Assembly: GCA_044356295.1 (NCBI GenBank)
Contig: JBIKWN010000003.1
Span: 16,655 to 80,654, forward strand
Direction of reading: 5' to 3'
From: Bdellovibrionota bacterium
Lineage (GTDB): Bacteria > Bdellovibrionota_C > UBA2361 > JBIKWN01
DNA length: 64,000 nucleotides
Positions within the stretch are counted from its first letter, which is position 1; each line of letters starts with the position of its first letter. The position numbers were made by a program, and so were the translations under genes. The notes under the pieces were generated by a model. The model saw only the letters and a list, made by a program, of their open reading frames with translations, was not told the DNA's origin and did no database searches. Positions 31,885 to 41,097 of this stretch are shown here, piece after piece.

Positions 31885-33324
31885 TTAACCAACACTTCCT
31901 TCAAGGCTTACTTGAAGTAGTTGTCTTGCCTCTATAGCGAACTCAATCGGAAGTTCTTTAAAAACTTCCTTACAAAAACCGTGTACAATCATTGACACAG
32001 CATCCTCAGTCGCAATCCCTCTTTGATTACAGTAGAAGATCTGATCTTCACCAATCTTTGAAGTAGAAGCTTCGTGTTCAACTTTCGCAGTTGGATTTTT
32101 TACTTCAATATAAGGAAAGGTGTGTGCGCCACATCTATCACCCATTAACATTGAATCACACTGAGAAAAGTTTCTTGCATTCTCTGCACTTTTCATCATT
32201 TTGACTAAACCACGGTATGTATTTTGACCTTGTGCTGCAGAGATTCCCTTTGAAACAATCGTACTCTTCGTGTTTTTACCGATATGAATCATTTTTGTTC
32301 CAGTATCAGCTTGTTGTTTTTTATTAGTAACGGCTACTGAATAAAATTCACCAACTGAATTATCACCCTTAAGAATCACACTTGGATATTTCCAAGTAAT
32401 TGCCGAACCGGTTTCAACCTGAGTCCAAGAGATTTTAGCATTATCATGCGTAATTCCTCGTTTGGTTACGAAATTATAGATTCCACCTTTACCGTCTTTA
32501 TCACCAGGATACCAATTCTGAATTGTAGAATACTTTATGTGAGCTCCTGGAAGTGCAACAAGTTCAACAACTGCAGCGTGAAGTTGATTTTCATCACGCA
32601 TTGGAGCAGTGCACCCTTCCATATAACTAACACTCGATCCTTCATCAGCAATGATAAGAGTTCGCTCGAATTGTCCGGTATTTTTTTCATTAATTCTAAA
32701 ATACGTCGAAAGATCCAATGGGCATTTAACACCCTTAGGAATATAGACAAACGATCCGTCTGAAAAAACTGCTGAATTAAGCGCTGCAAAATAGTTGTCG
32801 GTATAAGGAACAACCGATCCTAAATATTTCTCAATTATTTCTGGATGATTTTTTGCAGCTTCTGAAAAACTACAAAAGATGATTCCTTCTTTTTCTAATT
32901 GTTTTTTATAGGTAGTAACAATCGAAACAGAATCAAAAACAACATCAACAGCAACTCCGGCTAAAATTTTCTGCTCGTGAAGTGGAATACCAAGTTTTTC
33001 ATACGTTTTAATTAATTCTGGATCAGCATCTTCTAGGCTATTTAAAATTTGTTTCTTGGGCGCACTAAAATATGAGATAGACTGATAATCAATTGGAGGA
33101 TAATTAATAAAAGCCCAAGTCGGCTCTTTCATCTTTAACCAACGTTGATAAGCTTTTAAACGCCACTCGAGTAGGAATGCGGGCTCTTCTTTTTTTGCAG
33201 AAATTGCACGTATGACATCTTCATTGAGGCCAGGAGGGAAGGTGTCTGTCTCAATTTGTGTAGTAAATCCGTACTTGTATTCCTGATTTGTAAAATCTTC
33301 TAGCAACTGGGTATCAGAACTCAT
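31885..33324 (-). CDS. sufB: Fe-S cluster assembly scaffold SufB
   Basis: 479-aa ORF. Highly conserved SufB blocks ([38 protein letters not shown]). Confidence 0.96.
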   Translation of the reverse strand: MSSDTQLLEDFTNQEYKYGFTTQIETDTFPPGLNEDVIRAISAKKEEPAFLLEWRLKAYQRWLKMKEPTWAFINYPPIDYQSISYFSAPKKQILNSLEDADPELIKTYEKLGIPLHEQKILAGVAVDVVFDSVSIVTTYKKQLEKEGIIFCSFSEAAKNHPEIIEKYLGSVVPYTDNYFAALNSAVFSDGSFVYIPKGVKCPLDLSTYFRINEKNTGQFERTLIIADEGSSVSYMEGCTAPMRDENQLHAAVVELVALPGAHIKYSTIQNWYPGDKDGKGGIYNFVTKRGITHDNAKISWTQVETGSAITWKYPSVILKGDNSVGEFYSVAVTNKKQQADTGTKMIHIGKNTKSTIVSKGISAAQGQNTYRGLVKMMKSAENARNFSQCDSMLMGDRCGAHTFPYIEVKNPTAKVEHEASTSKIGEDQIFYCNQRGIATEDAVSMIVHGFCKEVFKELPIEFAIEARQLLQVSLEGSVG

Positions 33325-33441
33325 ATTTTCTTCTATAATATAGGTGGAGAGATAAACTAGAGTCTTTTATTCTAGAATAGATCAGGTTGTTACTCCAAGG
33401 GGTCGGCAGTAAATTTACAAGAATTTTTGAGGAAAAAATCG

Positions 33442-33924
33442 ATGAGAATCACTCAGTGGGGAGAATATGCTACACACTTCTGTATTTATTTCGCCCGTCA
33501 TAACTCAAGTATTCACTCTACTAATCGAACAAGTATAACAGCTACCGAGATTGCTAAAGAGCATAATATCGATCAACTTTATGCTCAGCAGATCTTGCAA
33601 AGACTTCGTAAGGGAAATCTTATTAACAGTATTCGTGGTGCACAGGGTGGATATCAACTCTCTCGAGACCCTTCTGAGATCTCTTTGAAAGATATTCTCT
33701 CTGCCGCGGAAGGTGAAACGTTTGAAATGATCTGCGATTCAAAACCTATTAGTGAAACAAAATGTGCTCCCACAGGTCTTTGCTCACTTCGCGGTGTTTG
33801 GAGGGAATTGAAAACAGAGATTGATGACTTTCTAGAGACGAAACTTTTGTCTGAACTTGCTATAAAACTTCCAGCTCAGAAAGAGGAGCTTATGCAGATT
33901 GGAAGAAAAAGCATGGCTCAATAG
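33442..33924 (+). CDS. Rrf2-family transcriptional regulator (IscR/SufR-like, probable Fe-S sensor)
   Basis: N-terminal wHTH (MRITQWGEYA..., RGAQGGYQL). Three clustered Cys (C-x9-C-x5-C). Divergent from sufBCD. The ATG at 33442 has GAGGA upstream. The ORF-track TTG is at 33427. Confidence 0.85.
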   Translation: MRITQWGEYATHFCIYFARHNSSIHSTNRTSITATEIAKEHNIDQLYAQQILQRLRKGNLINSIRGAQGGYQLSRDPSEISLKDILSAAEGETFEMICDSKPISETKCAPTGLCSLRGVWRELKTEIDDFLETKLLSELAIKLPAQKEELMQIGRKSMAQ

Positions 33925-34655
33925 AGCAGAAACTCAAATAACTTTAAATGATCTCGTTTATTGAGTTTATTTTCAGTCCACATTGTTTCAGGGTGCCATT
34001 GTACTGCAAGTAGATTGCTATAGTTTTTACTTTCAATTGCTTCAATTATTTTATCTTTTTCAGAAACCCCAGTTACGACTAAATCTTTTCCTAAGTCTTT
34101 AATAGATTGATGGTGAATTGAATTTACTTGAATGCTATTTGTTTGAAATATTTTCTTAACCAAACTCTCGTCATATAAACTCACATCGTGAGCAATCTCA
34201 AACCATTTATCTTCTTTTGATGTATGAGAAAAATCAGTAAAAGACCGATCGCACTGACTATTGATATCTTGATAAAGCGTACCACCAAAAGCTACGTTAA
34301 TGAGTTGAAGCCCTCTACAGATTCCAAGCACTTTCTTATTTGCCTTTAAAAAAGCATTCATTAACGCAATTTCAAAATCATCTCTTTTTCTAGAAACGGC
34401 TCCAAGCTTTTCGTGTGAGGCTTCTCTGTACAGACTAGGATCAACATCCTCACCTCCAGTTACTATGAGCGCATCTAATTTTTCAGCATAGACCGCCGCG
34501 TTTTCACTTAATCCATCTTCAAAAAGTGGAATAAGAACAGGAATTCCACCGACCTTCATAACAGACTGAACATACGCAGACGTTGATCCAATGACTTCAA
34601 TTGAATAGTCAGAATCTTTTACAACTCGAGTACTTATACCAATCATCTTTTTCAT
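33918..34655 (-). CDS. Class I glutamine amidotransferase-like hydrolase (peptidase C26 / PuuD family)
   Basis: Nucleophile elbow LGICRGLQLIN and His motif SIHHQ. The ATG at 34655 (MKKMIGIS) is preferred over the TTG at 34679. Confidence 0.8.
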   Translation of the reverse strand: MKKMIGISTRVVKDSDYSIEVIGSTSAYVQSVMKVGGIPVLIPLFEDGLSENAAVYAEKLDALIVTGGEDVDPSLYREASHEKLGAVSRKRDDFEIALMNAFLKANKKVLGICRGLQLINVAFGGTLYQDINSQCDRSFTDFSHTSKEDKWFEIAHDVSLYDESLVKKIFQTNSIQVNSIHHQSIKDLGKDLVVTGVSEKDKIIEAIESKNYSNLLAVQWHPETMWTENKLNKRDHLKLFEFLLY

Positions 34656-34665
34656 AACGGGACGC

Positions 34666-35829
34666 TCATAAACCCTCAAAAATTATCTGAATTCCTTCTT
34701 CCCAAGGTACGACAAGCACATTTCCAACCTTAATACGTTGAGGAACTCGCGAAATGCATAAAGCTGTTGCACCAGGAAATTCAGGCAGAAACTCTTCGAG
34801 TGTAGAAACATGTCGCTCATCGATCTCTTCTCTTGATTTAATCTCAACCAGGATAGTTGATTGACCAGGACGTTCAATGACAAGATCGATCTCACGGTCA
34901 TTAGCAAAACGAAGATAGCTAAATGAAAATCTTTTACGAAGATACTCATTCATTCGAATGATTTCATTAATGATAAAACCTTCAAAAAGCATTCCGTATT
35001 CAAATGTGCCAGGAACAGGTTTTTGAAGAATTGTATTCTGAAGTGTTCGTACTATTCCCAGATCATAAAAGTAAAATTTAGGTGCAGTTCGATGTCGTTT
35101 CCTTACCGATGTATGGTAAGGATGCAGATAAAATCCAAGTAACGTATCTTCTAGAATTTGATAGTAATTTTTAACCGTGGGTCCAGATACTTTTATATCC
35201 TTAGCAATATTTTCATATGAAATGACATCGCCATTTGACTGTGCTGCAACTTCAAGAAAGCGATTAAAAGGCTCAATGTCTCGAACAGTTTGCTCCTGTA
35301 AAATCTCTTCTTTTAAATAGGTGCTTGCATACGAGTAGAGGTACTCTTCTTTGATCGCATCATCTTGCTCTGTAATAGTTTTTGGTAAGGCTCCCCACTG
35401 CAGTACTTTTTCAAGCAAGAAATCTTTATCTATTTCATGGCGTGTCAGTGGATAGAGGCGGTAGCTAAGAGCCCGACCCGCAAGTAGGTTTGCACCTTTA
35501 CTTTTAAGTTTTCGAGCACTTGATCCAGTAAGACCAAAAATAACTCCGTGCTCCTCAATTAATAGATGTACTTCATCAAGAAGTTCAGGAATTTTTTGTA
35601 CTTCATCAATGACAACTAGAACTTGTTCGCTCGTACGAGCTGCTACAATTTCTCTTAATTTCCATGGCTCTTTTGATAATTGAAGGTAGAGCCGACTATC
35701 AAGTAGGTTCAGTGTTAAGCAGTGTTCAGGGGCAAAAGATGTGCGTATTAAGTGACTTTTTCCAACCCCACGTTGCCCAAAGAGAAAAAAAGACTGATTA
35801 TTTGGCAATGATAACAGGCGGTTATACAT
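34666..35829 (-). CDS. AAA-family ATPase with DUF4143-type C-terminal domain
   Basis: 387-aa ORF. Walker A GQRGVGKSHL, Walker B VVIDEVQK. Overall layout matches AAA_14+DUF4143 proteins. Confidence 0.75.
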   Translation of the reverse strand: MYNRLLSLPNNQSFFLFGQRGVGKSHLIRTSFAPEHCLTLNLLDSRLYLQLSKEPWKLREIVAARTSEQVLVVIDEVQKIPELLDEVHLLIEEHGVIFGLTGSSARKLKSKGANLLAGRALSYRLYPLTRHEIDKDFLLEKVLQWGALPKTITEQDDAIKEEYLYSYASTYLKEEILQEQTVRDIEPFNRFLEVAAQSNGDVISYENIAKDIKVSGPTVKNYYQILEDTLLGFYLHPYHTSVRKRHRTAPKFYFYDLGIVRTLQNTILQKPVPGTFEYGMLFEGFIINEIIRMNEYLRKRFSFSYLRFANDREIDLVIERPGQSTILVEIKSREEIDERHVSTLEEFLPEFPGATALCISRVPQRIKVGNVLVVPWEEGIQIIFEGL

Positions 35830-35853
35830 AGTAAATTTGAATTTTAGATTTAT

Positions 35854-35888
35854 TATACAATATTAAATTACAAATTTGATATTGTATA
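35854..35888. promoter_or_regulatory. 35-bp palindrome upstream of the AAA ATPase gene (candidate operator)
   Basis: TATACAATAT (35854-35863) / ATATTGTATA (35879-35888) flank a spacer that contains the palindrome CAAATTTG. Lies 25-60 nt upstream of the start at 35829. Confidence 0.3.
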
Positions 35889-35938
35889 TTTATAAATAAA
35901 GTTCAATGTTTTCAATTAGTTGCAAAGGTGAGCGTCCC

Positions 35939-36349
35939 CTATTTGGAGAGGAATTTAACGAGCTGAACCATTCCCATAAGCCCTTGCCCTTTACCCATTG
36001 AAATCGTCCTTCCAAAGATATCGTAAACAATATCTTCTTTTACTGTTTGGATTTCATCGGATGTTTTTCCGCTGAGGTTTTCATCGAGAATAACTGCGAG
36101 CGCTTTTGCTGAGATCCCCTGGGGATTTTCGACTGCAAAGTGTAGCTTAATAGTGTTATCGGAATTTTTTGTTACAAAACAATATGCTTCTGATTCACAG
36201 GCTGGGGTTCTATTAGCTTCGTTAAAAGGTCTTGTTGCAACCTCAGAAGGCACATCGGTGAACTTATCCGCATATTCAATAAGCAGATCAAATCTTAGAT
36301 CTTGATCATCAATATCTTTTAATTCATTTAAGAAGGTATCTAGAGTCAT
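35939..36349 (-). CDS. sufE: Cysteine desulfuration (sulfur acceptor) protein SufE
   Basis: 136-aa ORF. Conserved acceptor Cys context PACESEAYCF. SufE-family length and pattern. Confidence 0.85.
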   Translation of the reverse strand: MTLDTFLNELKDIDDQDLRFDLLIEYADKFTDVPSEVATRPFNEANRTPACESEAYCFVTKNSDNTIKLHFAVENPQGISAKALAVILDENLSGKTSDEIQTVKEDIVYDIFGRTISMGKGQGLMGMVQLVKFLSK

Positions 36350-36360
36350 AGAAAAAAGTA

Positions 36361-37257
36361 TTACTCACTTTTTTCGACAGGAACACCAACAAGGTTACCC
36401 CACTCTGTCCAAGATCCATCGTAGTTACGTACCTTTTGAAATCCTAAAAGATAACTCAAGACAAACCACGTATGACTGCTTCTTTCACCAATTCTGCAGT
36501 ATGCAACAACATCATCTGTTTTCTTTAAGCCCATCTCTGAACAGTAAATAGAGGATAACTCAGAAGCCGTTTTAAAAGTTCCATCTTCTGGATTAATAGC
36601 TCGTGCCCAAGGAACACTTTTTGCCCCTGGAATATGCCCACCACGAAGTGCGCCTTCATTAGGATACCCTTCCATATGTAGTTTCTTTCCTGAAAACTCA
36701 TCAGGGCTTCTTACGTCTACCAAAGGAAGTTTTTTCTCAACATGCTTTAGTACGTCATCACGAAAAGCTCTGACAGTTTTATCATCCCTTGATGTAACTG
36801 AATAATTTGATGCTGTGAAAGATGGAGTTGTTCTTGTGAGTTCTCTTTTTTCTTTTTCCCACTTAAGACGTCCACCATCCATAATTTTTGCATTCGTGTG
36901 ACCAAAAAGTTGAAAGATCCAAAATGCGTAACATGCCCACCAATTATTTTTATCACCATAGAACACAACTGTCGTATCTTTTGTAATTCCAAACTTACCG
37001 CAAAGATCACTGAATTGTTTTGGATCAAGATAATCTCGGATTGTTTGATGATTAAGATCTTTGACCCAATCAATTTCTACTGCATTTTCTATATGTCCTG
37101 ATTTATACAAAAGTTGATCTTCATTTGACTCAACGATTCGAACAGATAGATTTGAAATATTTTCTGCAACCCATTCCGTCGTTACAAGAGAATCAGGGAA
37201 TGAATATCCTTTTGAATGAATTTCATCGAGTGAAGTAAGTTTTAGAGCTGAAGACAT
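36361..37257 (-). CDS. Tandem-rhodanese sulfurtransferase (thiosulfate/3-mercaptopyruvate type)
   Basis: 298-aa ORF. Two rhodanese domains. Active-site loop CRIGERSS in the C-terminal domain. Confidence 0.88.
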   Translation of the reverse strand: MSSALKLTSLDEIHSKGYSFPDSLVTTEWVAENISNLSVRIVESNEDQLLYKSGHIENAVEIDWVKDLNHQTIRDYLDPKQFSDLCGKFGITKDTTVVFYGDKNNWWACYAFWIFQLFGHTNAKIMDGGRLKWEKEKRELTRTTPSFTASNYSVTSRDDKTVRAFRDDVLKHVEKKLPLVDVRSPDEFSGKKLHMEGYPNEGALRGGHIPGAKSVPWARAINPEDGTFKTASELSSIYCSEMGLKKTDDVVAYCRIGERSSHTWFVLSYLLGFQKVRNYDGSWTEWGNLVGVPVEKSE

Positions 37258-37501
37258 TGGATAATCTTTAAAAAAATTAAATTTTTATAGTTGAGTAAAC
37301 TATTATAATTTAGACAGCGTTTTTATGGAAATCTGAAGCATCATTGGACCTAATTTTTCAAATACGAATAAATCTTAGATTGCTAACTACTTGAATATAC
37401 AGAGTATTATTTTAGCTTTTAAAGTTCTTTTTTAGTCTACATTCCTTTTATTTGAGCCATATCCATAGGTAAGAACGACTATAGTTCAAAGGTTAATTAT
37501 T

Positions 37502-38701
37502 ATGACGACCCATCAAGAGAAAGTTATTGCAGCACTAACTGAAGTTGATACTGACGCAGGTAAGCTTGCTTCAGAAGTGTACGGCAAATTTAATGGTAAT
37601 AAAGCCGCATTCAGAATTGAAAACGCCGCAGGTGCTAAAAAGCTTGATAAAGCAGTCAATCTTGCGCTTGATCTTGCAAAGAGAGGGCACTCCCTAAGTA
37701 GCGAGGAAATTGATGAACTTAAGGAAGGTTTCCAAGCCGCAAAAGAATTTTTACAAAAAAGTGCCCCTGCCGCAGCCCCTACTGGCGAAAGTCCAGCTAA
37801 TCCTCAAGGTGCAGCAGCAGCTGGTGCACCAAGTCCTGCAACCGCACCTACGAACCCAACTGATCCTCAAAATAATCCACAAAATCCAACTACACCAACG
37901 CTTACTCCTCTTGAAGTTGCCGCTCAAGAGCTTGATAAAACTATCGCTGATAAAACTAATGAATGGGCAACTGAGGAAAATGCAGCAAAACGTGCTGAGT
38001 TAAAAACAAAGCTTGATGAGTTAAAAGCACATCGCAAAGATCTCCAAAAGCTGATTGACGAATCTAAACCTAAAGAAAAATCTGAAGGTATAGATAAACT
38101 TGAAGACACTGTTAAAGCACTTAACAGTGCTATCGCTGAGGCACAGAGTGCATGGATTGCTGAAAAAGATCTTGAAAAGCAAAAGCCTTTAAAAGCAAGG
38201 CTCGATGCACTTCAGGCTGAACTAAGAGAAGCAGAAACTAAACTTGCAGCAGCAAAACGAACAGACAATCAAGAAGAGACAGCTGAGCAACGTGCTACTA
38301 AAGCTGCAGAGCGTGAAGAGGAGCGTAAGAAAAAAGAAGAAGAGCGAAAAGCTGAACAAGCGCAAAGAGAAAAAGACCGAAAAGCTGAACAAGAAAAACG
38401 AGAAGCAGAACAACGAATACGAGAACAAGTTACATACAGAGAAAGTGAAGTTAGAAAACTATCTAATTTAATCTCAAGTAATCGAGATGTTCGTGACGCT
38501 GAGCGAGGGATACTACTTTCTCCAGTAAACAGAGTTAAAAGAGACTTAATGAGATCTGAAGCTACTAAATATGGAGTCCCTTTTGATAGCAAAGATTCTT
38601 GGGAGATTATCTTTAATAAAATAATAGATAAAAAAGTTAAGGATAGATTCCCAGCACAAACTAAAGCAGATGAAACAGCCAAAGACCCGAATGAAGAGTG
38701 A
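37502..38701 (+). CDS. Hypothetical coiled-coil protein with a Pro/Ala/Thr-rich linker and a Lys/Glu/Arg-rich repeat
   Basis: 399-aa ORF with no signal peptide. Low-complexity linker APAAAPTGESPANPQGAAAAGAPSPATAPTNPTDPQNNPQNPTTPT. Long heptad-like K/E/A region. 16-nt direct repeat CGAAAAGCTGAACAAG at 38345 and 38378 (11-codon period). Confidence 0.6.
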   Translation: MTTHQEKVIAALTEVDTDAGKLASEVYGKFNGNKAAFRIENAAGAKKLDKAVNLALDLAKRGHSLSSEEIDELKEGFQAAKEFLQKSAPAAAPTGESPANPQGAAAAGAPSPATAPTNPTDPQNNPQNPTTPTLTPLEVAAQELDKTIADKTNEWATEENAAKRAELKTKLDELKAHRKDLQKLIDESKPKEKSEGIDKLEDTVKALNSAIAEAQSAWIAEKDLEKQKPLKARLDALQAELREAETKLAAAKRTDNQEETAEQRATKAAEREEERKKKEEERKAEQAQREKDRKAEQEKREAEQRIREQVTYRESEVRKLSNLISSNRDVRDAERGILLSPVNRVKRDLMRSEATKYGVPFDSKDSWEIIFNKIIDKKVKDRFPAQTKADETAKDPNEE

Positions 38702-38821
38702 ATCCATCTTCCATACTCAGCTTAACATGTTGATTTTACTATGATAATTTAAATGAACCAAACTGATAATAAAGACAGATTAAATACTATGAAAACTAAA
38801 CCTATACTTGGTGACAGCTAT

Positions 38822-39637
38822 ATGAAAAATCTTAAAAAATGTTTGATGACTATTCTTGGCGCGACACTTTTGGTTACAAATATTTCGATTGCACAATCAA
38901 ACTCATGTAAAGGACAAGTTTCAAGAGCCAATTCGCTTCTAAAGCGTGCTATTTCTTCACAGAATAGACTAGATAGCCAAGTTCAAAGGGATGAAAATCA
39001 GATTGTAAATTTTGAAGGTCAGAAAGAGATTACCCTTGCTGGTTTAAGAGCTACCGAAGAAGCTGCAAAAGCTGATAAAACTTTTTCTTCACTAAGTTGT
39101 GTAGTAACGGTTGCATTCAATGTAAAATTCGTAACTAGGCAAGTACAACCACCCCTTGAAGTAGAAGGTGGGAAAAATAATATTCCACGATGCGCAATGT
39201 TAATCGCTAGACTAGAAATCATAGCCCAAAAAGCATCAGCAAAACGCCGTGCACGTGAAAAATCATTCAATTTAAGAATAGCAGTCGTCCAAAAAAGACT
39301 CGATAGAAACAGAGCAAAACTAGAAACTGCAACAAGTGAAACAGTAAGACTTCAAGCATCATTCGACCAAATCTCTGCAGCATGCGAAGCATCAACTGCT
39401 CTTTCACAGTGCAAAAAAGATGCAATCAAAACTTGCAACCAAGAAAAACGAAGCTGTGGACCCACAAGAAATTCATGCAAAGCTGATACGAATCAATCAT
39501 GTCGTGGAAGCTTTACCATCGGATCTGCTGACTATAGAAACTGCTTAACATCAGGATACAACAGCTGCAAAGATTCATATAACGCATGTTTCAACGTAGA
39601 TTGCCAAGCACGTGCAAATACAACGTGTGGAGGGTAA
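38822..39637 (+). CDS. Secreted cysteine-rich hypothetical protein
   Basis: Signal peptide MKNLKKCLMTILGATLLVTNISIAQS from the ATG at 38822 (ORF-track start 38753). 11 of the 14 mature-region Cys lie in the last 84 residues. Confidence 0.6.
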   Translation: MKNLKKCLMTILGATLLVTNISIAQSNSCKGQVSRANSLLKRAISSQNRLDSQVQRDENQIVNFEGQKEITLAGLRATEEAAKADKTFSSLSCVVTVAFNVKFVTRQVQPPLEVEGGKNNIPRCAMLIARLEIIAQKASAKRRAREKSFNLRIAVVQKRLDRNRAKLETATSETVRLQASFDQISAACEASTALSQCKKDAIKTCNQEKRSCGPTRNSCKADTNQSCRGSFTIGSADYRNCLTSGYNSCKDSYNACFNVDCQARANTTCGG

Positions 39638-39646
39638 TATAGCCAA

Positions 39647-40288
39647 GTGACCCAGGCTATTATTATCGCAGGCGGGGCTATAAGCCCCGTTTTCATTTCA
39701 ACCATCAAAGAATCGAATACCGATTTTATCATCGCTTGCGATCAAGGTGCTGAATACCTAGAACAAGCTGGCATTCAACCAAACCTTCTTGTTGGAGACC
39801 TTGATTCTATAAGCGAACAGACCCTTTCAAAACTGCGCCTCGCTGAAATCCCAATTGAACAGCATTCAGTAAATAAAGAATCATCTGACCTTGAGCTAGC
39901 AATCGACGCAGCGATAAAGCGAGGCTTTGAAAAGATTAAGATCTCTTGTGCCCTTGGCAATAGAACTGATTACACACTCGCAAATACCAACCTACTACTG
40001 AGACAAAAATATAAAGAGCTTGAAATTTCAATTAACGAAGATAACGAACAGATCATTCCTCTTCATAATGATATTGAGCAAGTAATATCAAAACCACCCT
40101 CAAAAAGGTTTTCAATAATTTTAAACGGCGAAGGGTACGTTTCGATTGAGGGTGCAAAATGGAATCTTGATAATGAATATATTGTTCAAGGATCAAGCCG
40201 ATTAGTTTCAAATCTTGTAGAAAAAGATTCGGTCTCTATTTTACTCAAAAAAACATCTGGTCTAGTCGTTTTCAGCAATTACTCTTAG
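39647..40288 (+). CDS. Thiamine pyrophosphokinase
   Basis: 213-aa ORF with a GTG start. IIAGG...ACDQGA...LVGDLDSI motif and a C-terminal thiamin-binding beta domain. Confidence 0.8.
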   Translation: MTQAIIIAGGAISPVFISTIKESNTDFIIACDQGAEYLEQAGIQPNLLVGDLDSISEQTLSKLRLAEIPIEQHSVNKESSDLELAIDAAIKRGFEKIKISCALGNRTDYTLANTNLLLRQKYKELEISINEDNEQIIPLHNDIEQVISKPPSKRFSIILNGEGYVSIEGAKWNLDNEYIVQGSSRLVSNLVEKDSVSILLKKTSGLVVFSNYS

Positions 40289-41088
40289 CTTTGATAAGCT
40301 CGTGCACCAATTCGGTGAATAACGCCCTCACCTTCGGTTTCTTCAGGCGAAATATGCCAAAGCCATGTTGAGCTATCTTTTAATTTTGACTCCAAGGGCT
40401 CTAAAAGCTCTTCTATAGTAGCAAGAGAGATATCCCACTCGGATTCATCCCCAGTATAAAAGTAGAACTCACGATCAAAGAAAAATATTGAAGTTACTCG
40501 TGCTAATTCAATAACTCGGTCGATATGCTGCTTTTGAAGTTCATATGAAAGCTCTAAAAGCTCATTATCTGTTGGATTATCTTGAAATTCTTCTGCTCGA
40601 GTAAAGAAATAAAGGGGAAGTTGTCCGAGTAAATTCAAAGACAGTACAACATCATGTCTTTTACAATTTGCAATCGGGCAAGGATCCGGAGGAAGCTCAT
40701 GGTGCATTGTGTAATAATCAATTGCACCTGTTACATCTTGTAATACAGTTCGTACCGTAAAATCTTTTTTATATTTCTTAGAGATATTAAGAAGCTTCCA
40801 TTTTGAAATAAAAAGCGACAACGGATCCGCGTCAACTAAAGTAATCTCAGAGCAAGCTGGAATCTCTTCCGCCGGAAAATCATAAAGCCTGCCACTTCCT
40901 AAAATTAAAAATGAAGAAGCATGTTGCGGCACATTACTCACAATAAATTTTTTAGTAAGTGTAAAATGTTTATCCCAAAAATCTTTATTCCTCTCATACC
41001 GAGCTTTAATCCCAAGCCCCATTCGAATAAAATCTTTCCTCTTTGGATAGAAAAATGAAAAGAGTAAAAAAAGAAACGAATCAATCAC
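40285..41088 (-). CDS. Hypothetical protein, possible class I SAM-dependent methyltransferase fold
   Basis: 267-aa ORF. Motif-I-like FLILGSGRLYD, acidic end of beta-2 LVDADP, motif-IV-like VVLSLNLLGQLP. Weak assignment. Alternative ATG at 41022. Confidence 0.4.
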   Translation of the reverse strand: MIDSFLFLLFSFFYPKRKDFIRMGLGIKARYERNKDFWDKHFTLTKKFIVSNVPQHASSFLILGSGRLYDFPAEEIPACSEITLVDADPLSLFISKWKLLNISKKYKKDFTVRTVLQDVTGAIDYYTMHHELPPDPCPIANCKRHDVVLSLNLLGQLPLYFFTRAEEFQDNPTDNELLELSYELQKQHIDRVIELARVTSIFFFDREFYFYTGDESEWDISLATIEELLEPLESKLKDSSTWLWHISPEETEGEGVIHRIGARAYQS

Positions 41089-41097
41089 AGTAATTAC

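Noticed and set aside
38345-38393. A 16-nt direct repeat, considered as a possible CRISPR-like or regulatory repeat.
   Set aside because: There are only two copies, both in-frame inside a coding region. They encode a repeated (E/D)RKAEQ peptide unit. It is a protein-level repeat, not a CRISPR array.
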